Of a stretch of DNA of 64,000 bases, positions 30,881-38,358 are shown piece by piece. Position 1 is the first letter of the stretch, and every line of letters starts with the position of its first letter. Under the pieces are notes generated by a model. It was not told the DNA's origin, ran no database searches, and saw only the letters and a program-made list of their open reading frames with translations. Both the position numbers and the translations under genes were made by a program. Origin of the DNA: Promethearchaeota archaeon (GTDB lineage Archaea; Asgardarchaeota; Lokiarchaeia; Sigyniarchaeales; SOKP01); contig JAUVNS010000008.1 of the NCBI GenBank assembly GCA_030599585.1, positions 96,001 through 160,000 of the forward strand, in the 5' to 3' direction.

Positions 30881-31080
30881 AGTTTTATTTTCACCCTTGT
30901 GTGTTATTTTATAATTTCATTCTTTGTTATTTAACCATTTTGTTACCCTTCTATTTGATATAAAAAACTGAAGTGAGAATGTGTTCCGGAGTTTTTATTG
31001 ATTTTTTAAAATATAAAAAGCTTTAGAGAAAAAAGGTTCGAAAATAACATTTTAAAAATAAAGGTTAAAAAAAAAATAAT

Positions 31081-31155
31081 TTAATACCTTACTGCGGCAA
31101 TATGATATCCCGTTGGGTTTAGGATTGATTTGGCTCCCTTTTCTTTTCTTTTCAT
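31081..31155 (-). CDS. Small peptide A1 (24 aa) MKRKEKGAKSILNPTGYHIAAVRY
   Basis: SD GAGGT 8 nt upstream of ATG; 15/24 identical to paralog at 32964. Confidence 0.8.
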   Translation of the reverse strand: MKRKEKGAKSILNPTGYHIAAVRY

Positions 31156-31250
31156 ATTCTTTTACCTCGTTTTTTTAATTTGGTTTTGTTTTGTGTAGTA
31201 TTTGTCGTTAAATTGTGAATTTTTAATTATTCTAAAAAAAATTATAATTA

Positions 31251-31325
31251 CTAAAATATATCAAAACGGTCAGGAATATATCCTGCGTTTCTGATTATTA
31301 TCGTTCTTTTCTCTTTTTCTTCCAT
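31251..31325 (-). CDS. Small peptide B1 (24 aa) MEEKEKRTIIIRNAGYIPDRFDIF
   Basis: SD GAGGT upstream; tandem stops TAG TAA; 17/23 identical to paralog at 33155. Confidence 0.8.
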   Translation of the reverse strand: MEEKEKRTIIIRNAGYIPDRFDIF

Positions 31326-31389
31326 CTTTTTTTACCTCGCTTTTTATTCTTTTTTTTATTGGTTTAAAAAATATTAAAAAAAATTTATA

Positions 31390-31464
31390 TTAAAATCTAA
31401 AAACTAAATTCTCTGGATTGAAGTTTTTCGTAAATTTAACTTCTTTTACTCTGGTTTTACTCAT
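31390..31464 (-). CDS. Small peptide C1 (24 aa) MSKTRVKEVKFTKNFNPENLVFRF
   Basis: SD AGGAGGT upstream; 17/24 identical to paralog at 33310. Confidence 0.82.
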   Translation of the reverse strand: MSKTRVKEVKFTKNFNPENLVFRF

Positions 31465-31723
31465 AAGCTTTTACCTCCTTTTTTTTTTTTTTATTTTTTA
31501 TTTTTGTTATTAAATTATAATATCCATAAAATCCATATTTAGTTTTCAGATCAAAACTCTGAATGGACTTTTAAATATTTATTGAACTGTATTAGGAAGA
31601 AATCGATTTGGCAGGGTAAACGACATCAAAAATAGCAGAAATTAAGAATTCAAAAAAACAATAAAGGATCGTTATTTACATCGACAGATAAACTAAGTGA
31701 GAAATAACCAAAATTCCAGAGTA

Positions 31724-32623
31724 TTAACGGTATAAATTGGTCCCTCTTCCTAATATTTCTTTCACAACTCGTTTGTTTGCCTGAAAAGGATTTATAATCT
31801 TCTTTTTTGGAAATTCTAAAGGAGGTGTAAAGACTTGTTCTTTTTCGATCAGTAAATTATAGGCTTGATGTAAGAGAAACTCGAGATTGATAACGTCTTC
31901 GTTGTTATAGGCAAGCAATGTATCAAGATATTCTTTCTCTTTAGTTTGTTTATATTTTTTCCACAAGAGCACAGCAGAATAGCCGTCCAAGTCTTCAAGA
32001 GCTCCGCGCGAAATCCCAAACCTTTTTTCAATTTTTTTTAACCCCCCCTTTATCTGTAATCTCCTGAGTAAAAAACACACATCATAATGGATCTGGTTAA
32101 AATCGATTCCCATTTCGTGTTGGATGAATGGAATATCAAAAGATTTACCGTAAAAAGTTGTTATTGCTGGAAATTTCGAAATAAACGCGGGAAATTCGTC
32201 TAAGTTATCACCTCGGACAAAATCGTGAACGCTCACTCCATCGTAAACGGCAATAGTCGTTATATGGCTATAGTGAGGGCTTAAACCCGTGGTTTCAATA
32301 TCAAGGTAAGCAATACTGTCAATTAAGTTTGGAATCATCTTCCAATGTTGTATTTTGGGTATAAGGCTTGTTAATTGGGAAATATCGAGGATTTTTAGCG
32401 CTTCTATTGCTGAATTGACACCATTCCATATTGCGTTCCATTTTTGTTTTGGAAACAGTTCAGGACACTGCTTTTTTATCACATCGTTCCAACAGCATAT
32501 CCCTAATTCTCTGAGTGTCGTTTCTGCCTTAACGCCAATCCCTTTTACAAAAGTAAACGAGTTAAACAGTGGATGGTCATTTTCTAAAGATAAATCGTCG
32601 TCTCTTATCACGATTTCTTTCAC
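31724..32623 (-). CDS. RNase H-like (YprB/DEDD) exonuclease with N-terminal helix-hairpin-helix
   Basis: VKGIG HhH; YLDIETTG, FYGKSFDIPF, HYDV, GGLKKIE, YNNEDV motifs. Confidence 0.88.
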   Translation of the reverse strand: MKEIVIRDDDLSLENDHPLFNSFTFVKGIGVKAETTLRELGICCWNDVIKKQCPELFPKQKWNAIWNGVNSAIEALKILDISQLTSLIPKIQHWKMIPNLIDSIAYLDIETTGLSPHYSHITTIAVYDGVSVHDFVRGDNLDEFPAFISKFPAITTFYGKSFDIPFIQHEMGIDFNQIHYDVCFLLRRLQIKGGLKKIEKRFGISRGALEDLDGYSAVLLWKKYKQTKEKEYLDTLLAYNNEDVINLEFLLHQAYNLLIEKEQVFTPPLEFPKKKIINPFQANKRVVKEILGRGTNLYR

Positions 32624-32707
32624 ACTATTAGTTTGAGATGTATTAAAGATAATTTTTTAGTAATAAGTTACAATTTGAAATCGCATATTTAAACTTTTTG
32701 GGTAATG

Positions 32708-32738
32708 TACGGAGCGTATCTAAATAATACGCAGCGTA
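32708..32738. promoter_or_regulatory. Two TACG-N3-CGTA palindromic boxes 20 bp apart upstream of the exonuclease gene
   Basis: TACGGAGCGTA (32708-32718) and TACGCAGCGTA (32728-32738); TTTAAA box at 32688-32693. Confidence 0.5.
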
Positions 32739-32776
32739 AGTAAAGTAAAACATAAATATTGGTTCCAACTTTTAAC

Positions 32777-32830
32777 CAAAACAAAACAAAACAAAACAAA
32801 AAAACAAAACAAAACAAAATCAAAACAAAA
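32777..32830. repeat. (CAAAA)n pentanucleotide tract; (UUUUG)n on the minus strand, possible terminator
   Basis: About 10 imperfect CAAAA units downstream of peptide cassette 2. Confidence 0.75.
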
Positions 32831-32963
32831 TCTCTGCTTTTGCATTCGTTCGCGATTGGTTTATCATTTTAGAAGAGATTTTATTTCCCCATCTGAATCT
32901 CTTATTAAAAAATTGGTTGTAATTCTAAAAATAAAGTGGTTTAAAAATAGTTAAAAAAAATAA

Positions 32964-33038
32964 TTAATATCTTAATGTTGTAATATGATATCTCGTCGGG
33001 TTTAGGATTGTTTGGGTATCCATTTCTTTTCTTTTCAT
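32964..33038 (-). CDS. Small peptide A2 (24 aa) MKRKEMDTQTILNPTRYHITTLRY
   Basis: SD AAGGT upstream; paralog of A1 with synonymous changes. Confidence 0.78.
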   Translation of the reverse strand: MKRKEMDTQTILNPTRYHITTLRY

Positions 33039-33154
33039 ATGCTTTTACCTTGGTTTTTTAATATGGTTTTTTAATTATGTGTAGTATTTGTCGTTAAATC
33101 GCAATTTTTTATTGTTATTAGGTTATTATTATAGAAAAAATGTGTTAATTACAT

Positions 33155-33226
33155 TTACATATCAAAACGGTCAGGAAAATATCCGCCGTTTCTGATGATT
33201 ATCGTTCTTTTCTCGCTATTTTTCAT
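33155..33226 (-). CDS. Small peptide B2 (23 aa) MKNSEKRTIIIRNGGYFPDRFDM
   Basis: SD GAGGT upstream; paralog of B1. Confidence 0.8.
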   Translation of the reverse strand: MKNSEKRTIIIRNGGYFPDRFDM

Positions 33227-33309
33227 TTTTTTTTACCTCGCTTTTTTTTTGGGTTTTGTTTATTTTCTTTTTTGGTTATTGGTGGAAAAATTATTAAAAA
33301 AAATTATTT

Positions 33310-33384
33310 CTAAAATCTTAAAACTAAATTTTCAGGATTGAAGTTTTTCGCAAATCTAACTTCTTTTATTTCGGTTCTTTCCAT
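33310..33384 (-). CDS. Small peptide C2 (24 aa) MERTEIKEVRFAKNFNPENLVLRF
   Basis: SD AGGAGGT upstream; paralog of C1. Confidence 0.82.
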   Translation of the reverse strand: MERTEIKEVRFAKNFNPENLVLRF

Positions 33385-33457
33385 GATTTTTTTACCTCCT
33401 TTTTTTGGTTTTTTTTTTTTTTTTAATTCCTGGTGTTTTATTTTTAAAATTTTTTAA

Positions 33458-33745
33458 TTAAAAATTGATTAGATTATTTCTATATGCCAAAATTCTCGTA
33501 TCAAGGTTCGCATTCACAGCGTTTATGCATTTGACTTCCTCGTTAATTTTCGCATTTAATTTAACTTTATTGAACACTTTCCTAAGTTTCTTTTTAATCG
33601 ATTGTGATTCAAGTTTTTCAGTCGTAGCCTTCCTGACCAGCACCTGAGGCCGTAGCACCTCAGGTGCTTGGAGTTGGAAAGGAACCTGGCTATCGATGCT
33701 GGCGCTTTTTTCCTCTGCTTGTTTTTTTATTGTTGCTTGAGCCAT
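33458..33745 (-). CDS. Small basic hypothetical protein (95 aa), first gene of peptide cassette 2 transcript
   Basis: ATG at 33745 (MAQATIKK...) preceded by GTGAT SD-like site; ORF track starts at GTG 33757. Confidence 0.65.
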   Translation of the reverse strand: MAQATIKKQAEEKSASIDSQVPFQLQAPEVLRPQVLVRKATTEKLESQSIKKKLRKVFNKVKLNAKINEEVKCINAVNANLDTRILAYRNNLINF

Positions 33746-33811
33746 TTTTCTTATCACATCCTTTTTTTTTTTTTTCAGTTTTCTTTTTTTTGTTTCTAAT
33801 TTTATTTAGTT

Positions 33812-33887
33812 CCGAAGTTTAATATAGTTTGACTTCTTGAAGTTCGAACGAACTTCGAACTTCGGTGCGAATCGCAAACCTTAAATA
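33812..33887. promoter_or_regulatory. Divergent promoter with nested inverted repeats
   Basis: GAAGTTCG-AA-CGAACTTC (33839-33856), CCGAAGTT/AACTTCGG (33812-33819/33858-33865), TGCGA-A-TCGCA (33866-33876); TATA-like boxes at 33818-33826 (-) and 33881-33886 (+). Confidence 0.65.
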
Positions 33888-33909
33888 CCTACAAGACCAT
33901 AATATAACT

Positions 33910-36876
33910 ATGAGTATAACAAAATATCCACCTGAAGGTATAATTACACCTATGAAAATCAACAAAGATTTTGAATATATTATACTCTGGATGCTCTATA
34001 ACAACGATCACTGCACTTGGTCTGAATTTAAGTCAAAACCTGTAAACATTAGTCCAGCGACATTATCAAAATACTTGAATATTTTGATAAGTAACGGTCT
34101 TATTGAGAAGGAAAAGAAAGGAGAGTATAGGATTACCCCTGAAGGTCGGATACAATATGCGGAGTTACAGGTTAAAGGCTCATTGGAGAAATCTCTGAAT
34201 TATCCTCCTGAGATTATAACAAAAACTAGGGAATATGATCATTGGATTCTCTGGATGCTTTATAATAATGCGTATTGTAAGTGGTCCGATTTTATTGAAC
34301 CCCCTCTTTCAATCAATCAATCTTCATTATCAAAAAACCTGAATCTTTTATTAGATAAAGATCTCATTGAAAAAAATAATCGTGAGTATAGAGTTACAAG
34401 GGACGGTGAAATAGAGTACTTCAAAGTGTTAAAAACATATGATTTAGATCGCCAATCAATATTGGACGAAGAAAGCAAAAGAGTTGAAGTCATTACAGAT
34501 AAGGTTGGCAAATTCTTTGACGAATACAAGATAGAAGATGATGAGATTAGATATCGTTTCTTGAACATGGTCTTAAGGTTAGATTATACTAAGGTTGAGG
34601 CTACTTTGTCAGACGAGGTAGATTTTGATAAAATTTTGTTATTTTTATCGATAAATCACCCTAACAATTATCCTAATTATATTACAGCAAAAGATTTTGC
34701 GTTAGAGTATGATATAAAGCTAACAACATTGGACTTTTTTATAGAAAAAATCGTGGAAGATAAACTTTACGCGATTAAATTCTTTAAATTAAATGTTGAC
34801 AGTAAAATTACATATTACATCCAAGCTGAAGAAAGATTAGAAAAAATGTTAGGCGTAATCATTGAAGACTATATTAGGAAGTTCACATATTTGAGTAAGT
34901 TTCAGAAAAAAAATGGAGATCAATATCAAACGCCTGATATCAACCAATTACTCTACAATGTCCTAGAAGATTTATGTAATAATCTATTCAATGAAGGATT
35001 GAAACAGCCACTCAGGAAATTTTTAATCGAATATATTGAACATTTAGCATATAAATTTGAAACAGAGAAGAGTTTAATTAACCATACAGATAAAATAAAG
35101 GGGATTGCGTTTCAAAATGTGTTTGAAGTAATACAAAGCTTTGGAACATCGGAGACGGTGAATACGATAAGCACCCCTCCTGATAATGAATCCTTTTACT
35201 TTTTGCACAATAGAATTTTTGACACATTGGACATACTGTATTTATCGAAAATAGATTATATTCGAACCGCTGAGTTCAAAGAGACATATTTTCCGAAAAA
35301 TGGAGAATTTTTAACGAAGATTGAGCGTAAATTGGCGAAAGGAAGAGTATTGAAAGTAAACGAACTGCTTACTGCTAATCTTAAGAATCTAAGCGAAATA
35401 GAATTGATGATCCTGAAGGATTTAATTTACACATATAACGGAGAATTAGAAGAGTCACTAAACCTAACAAAAGAAATCATAGAAGCTCATCCTAACGAAT
35501 ATGTAGGGTATCTTTTTCAAGCCATTTCATATTTTTTTATGGGAAGATTCAAGGAAGCGTTGGATATTATCGAATTAGGTTTGAACATGTCCTATAATGT
35601 CTTGTTGATCTCTCAAAAAGCGCAAATTCTCATTAATTCCGATCACAAAAAAGCACTTGAAGTCGTAGATGAAGTTATTGAAGATTATCCAGATAATTTC
35701 GCTTTAGCACGCACGAAATTTCTAATTGAAATGACGGATAAAGAATGCTGCATACGAAATATTGACGAACCTTTGAATTTGATAAATTCACTTATAAGCT
35801 CGAATCCTGACGATTCAGAACTCTCAATACTAAAAGCGATATTATACATTGTGACCAATAAGTATAAGGAAGCAAAAAACTGGATTAAACAGACCGTAGA
35901 ATTCAATTTACTTAAAGGTAGTCCGAGAGTTGATACTGCTGCGTACTTAATACTATCATATTCATATTTAGCTAGGGGTAAATTTGAAAAGGCTTTAGAT
36001 ATTGTCAGCAAAGTCAGATTTCACTATCCAAATCACCCACTTTCACATATTATTACTGGTTTAGTTCACGGATTCAACATAGTCTACAAATTCGATCCAA
36101 GTAAAGCAAACAAAGAGCTATTTAGAGAAGAATTTCAGAAAGCAGAAGCAAATGAACAGAGTAAGAAGAAGTTGTCTAGGTATTATCAACTGGAAAGTTA
36201 TATTTTGAATGAGATAGATGGTCTTGAAGAGGCAATAAAAGTAATCGATAAAGCAATTAAATTAAGTCCGGAGCACTACGATATTCATAGCACAAAAGCC
36301 CATCTATATTTAGCCTATAGCGATAAAGGAGAAGAAGTTTTAGCATTTTACGATGAATTATTAGAGAAATTCCCTACTGAAGATAAAAGCATTCGCCAGA
36401 TGAAATCATTCTCTTATTTTGCGATGGGAAATGTAACAGAAGGAATTAAAATTCTTAAAGAAGGTCTTAAAGTTTACCCTGATGCGATAGGAATGTTAAA
36501 CAACCTCGCCGTATTCTTAAGTGATACAGGAAAATTTGAAGAAGCTTTGGAGACAATTGAAAAAGCTATTGAAATTGACCCACTCGAAGCAAATCTATAC
36601 GATACATACGGAGAAATATTAATGTTTGGTAAGGATTACAAATCAGCTATAGAAAAATTTTATCAAGCGTTAGAGATGAGTCCAACGGGATGGTTTAGGT
36701 TTCATACATTCTTAAAACTCTCGAAATGTTATCAAAGTCTAGGAATGCTTGAGGAAGCTACAACCTGCCACGATAAAGCAAAAATTTTAACGGAAAAAGT
36801 TATACCTGGAAAAAGAAAGGTATATTTAGATCAATTAGAAGCGAGTTTTGAAGATTTAACCACTTCTGAAAAGTAA
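33910..36876 (+). CDS. Tandem winged-helix DNA-binding domains + C-terminal TPR array (putative transcription regulator)
   Basis: Duplicated YPPE...ILWMLYNN..C.WS.F...LSK.LN.L....LIEK...EYR.T..G units; TPRs such as LNNLAVFLSDTGKFEEALETIEKAIEIDP; ATG 33910 preferred over GTG 33865. Confidence 0.85.
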   Translation: MSITKYPPEGIITPMKINKDFEYIILWMLYNNDHCTWSEFKSKPVNISPATLSKYLNILISNGLIEKEKKGEYRITPEGRIQYAELQVKGSLEKSLNYPPEIITKTREYDHWILWMLYNNAYCKWSDFIEPPLSINQSSLSKNLNLLLDKDLIEKNNREYRVTRDGEIEYFKVLKTYDLDRQSILDEESKRVEVITDKVGKFFDEYKIEDDEIRYRFLNMVLRLDYTKVEATLSDEVDFDKILLFLSINHPNNYPNYITAKDFALEYDIKLTTLDFFIEKIVEDKLYAIKFFKLNVDSKITYYIQAEERLEKMLGVIIEDYIRKFTYLSKFQKKNGDQYQTPDINQLLYNVLEDLCNNLFNEGLKQPLRKFLIEYIEHLAYKFETEKSLINHTDKIKGIAFQNVFEVIQSFGTSETVNTISTPPDNESFYFLHNRIFDTLDILYLSKIDYIRTAEFKETYFPKNGEFLTKIERKLAKGRVLKVNELLTANLKNLSEIELMILKDLIYTYNGELEESLNLTKEIIEAHPNEYVGYLFQAISYFFMGRFKEALDIIELGLNMSYNVLLISQKAQILINSDHKKALEVVDEVIEDYPDNFALARTKFLIEMTDKECCIRNIDEPLNLINSLISSNPDDSELSILKAILYIVTNKYKEAKNWIKQTVEFNLLKGSPRVDTAAYLILSYSYLARGKFEKALDIVSKVRFHYPNHPLSHIITGLVHGFNIVYKFDPSKANKELFREEFQKAEANEQSKKKLSRYYQLESYILNEIDGLEEAIKVIDKAIKLSPEHYDIHSTKAHLYLAYSDKGEEVLAFYDELLEKFPTEDKSIRQMKSFSYFAMGNVTEGIKILKEGLKVYPDAIGMLNNLAVFLSDTGKFEEALETIEKAIEIDPLEANLYDTYGEILMFGKDYKSAIEKFYQALEMSPTGWFRFHTFLKLSKCYQSLGMLEEATTCHDKAKILTEKVIPGKRKVYLDQLEASFEDLTTSEK

Positions 36877-36908
36877 ATCAACTTTACTTAATATATTTTT
36901 TCTATTTT

Positions 36909-38039
36909 TTATTTTTTATGTTCTTTTACGAGTTTTACCAAGTCTGCTTTCCTATAAGAAGCGAGCACTTTAAGATCGTTTTCAATACAATATTCTTTTA
37001 GTTTTTTTACCGTCCACTTGTTATAATCAAGCGGTTGTTCAGTGATTTCTTGAAGGGGTCCACCTCGGATGAGGTTAATAATTTGCGCTTTTCTATAGGA
37101 TGTTGGAACTGAAATGTTGTTTTCTTTGCAGTATAGTTTCAATTTCTTTACTGTCCAGGAATTGTAGTCTATTTCGTCTTTCTCTTCTATAATTTTTTCT
37201 TCAATTTTGGAAGTATCAAGTTTTTGGAGAATTTCTATTCCCTCAATACTACCAGAATTGGAATCAACATAGAGTCTTATAGTTCGATCTTTAAGTTCAA
37301 TTGGTCCTTCTGGTATTGAACTAACAGGTTCCCATTCGGTTTCCTCTATCTCTTTCCCGAAAACTTTTGCTTTTTTGACTGCTGCTCCGTAAATTTGAAA
37401 ATTCCCTAAAATCAAATTTTGTCTTTTAAAAGTAGCGGGAACTTTGTTTTTCACAATTTTATTAATCAATTTTTTATTATCTAACTTAGGTGGTTTGATT
37501 GTCTGTTGAGGTTTAGGGGCAATGACATAATCCTTCTTTTTTCCAATTAATGTGGATTTAACGTCACCATTAAGAGTCGGAGGTGGACCTTGCCATCCGT
37601 GAACCTTTTTATCTTTAGTTTCTGCAGATTCCTTGAGAGAAGACTGGTGTAAATGTTTAAACTCTATAGAGTTTCTTTCTAAGATTTCAGGAACTTCGGC
37701 TGTTTTAAAATTAAAGGCTCTCATAAATTCGTTGGGTTCATCTCCTTGATCTACTGAAATAATCTTACATCGATGGAAGTGGCTGTTAACAACTAAATCG
37801 TTTTGTAATTCAGCGGCAATCCGAGATGCTATAAATTTTTTCCTGACATGTGAATTGACGCCTTTCCAGATATAGATTCTCCTTAACCCCTCCTTGACAA
37901 TTATTAACACTTGGTTCGGATCTAATACATCTTGACCATTATTCAACAGAAAGGTATCTTCAGAAATATCTAACTTGACTTTTTCTCCGGTACTTTCTAG
38001 TCCAAAGATCATAAAGTTCTCATAAATTTCAGACATCAT
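36909..38039 (-). CDS. Gelsolin-domain protein with two C-terminal SAP/HeH(Rho-N)-like domains
   Basis: VLIIV...IYIWKG.NS...KF.AS..A..L...VDQGDEP.EF gelsolin signature; YNSWTVKKLKLYCKEN...RKAQII and YNKWTVKKLKEYCIEN...RKADLV repeats. Confidence 0.8.
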   Translation of the reverse strand: MMSEIYENFMIFGLESTGEKVKLDISEDTFLLNNGQDVLDPNQVLIIVKEGLRRIYIWKGVNSHVRKKFIASRIAAELQNDLVVNSHFHRCKIISVDQGDEPNEFMRAFNFKTAEVPEILERNSIEFKHLHQSSLKESAETKDKKVHGWQGPPPTLNGDVKSTLIGKKKDYVIAPKPQQTIKPPKLDNKKLINKIVKNKVPATFKRQNLILGNFQIYGAAVKKAKVFGKEIEETEWEPVSSIPEGPIELKDRTIRLYVDSNSGSIEGIEILQKLDTSKIEEKIIEEKDEIDYNSWTVKKLKLYCKENNISVPTSYRKAQIINLIRGGPLQEITEQPLDYNKWTVKKLKEYCIENDLKVLASYRKADLVKLVKEHKK

Positions 38040-38358
38040 TAAATACGATTTTTTTTTAAAATTTAAAAATGAGACAACTCTTACGAATTTTGAAAATCCA
38101 TTCTCTTTGTACTCAAATTAATATTGTAATAAATTTAAAATTGCTAAATACAACATCTTGTATTAACATTTAAAATTATTGAAATAGAAAATTTCGCACA
38201 TATATAAACACGTAAAGTAAATTAATTCTGCACAAATCATGCTCAATCTGCTTTTTAGTATAGTTTATTAGTCATTATCTATTTTAATCGTTAAGTTTAG
38301 GGATATTTAGTTTATTCTTATCTAATTCCTCTCGAAAATTGTTTAAGGTTATTAATTT

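Larger units (their letters stand above)
31081..31480 (-). repeat. Peptide cassette copy 1 (diverged direct repeat of 32964..33400)
   Basis: Same order C-B-A, homologous ORFs, identical 22-nt spacer block. Confidence 0.9.

Noticed and set aside
31081-33384. C-termini LVLRF/LVFRF and ...RY resemble animal RFamide/RYamide neuropeptides
   Set aside because: Only 2-4 residues match, with no Gly amide donor, dibasic sites or signal peptide; most likely coincidence
31081-33400. Peptides as RiPP precursors or proteasome HbYX activators
   Set aside because: No recognisable modifying enzyme (radical SAM, YcaO, LanM, ATP-grasp) is adjacent, the peptides have no Cys, and Tyr is not penultimate. Not excluded if enzymes act in trans.
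31081-33400. CRISPR array or mobile-element ends
   Set aside because: The repeats are two diverged ~400-bp copies containing ORFs, not short identical repeats with spacers; no cas, transposase or integrase gene is seen in the window
33865-33909. GTG start given by the ORF track for the wHTH-TPR protein
   Set aside because: It overlaps the palindromes and TATA-like box; ATG 33910 matches the start of the first wHTH repeat
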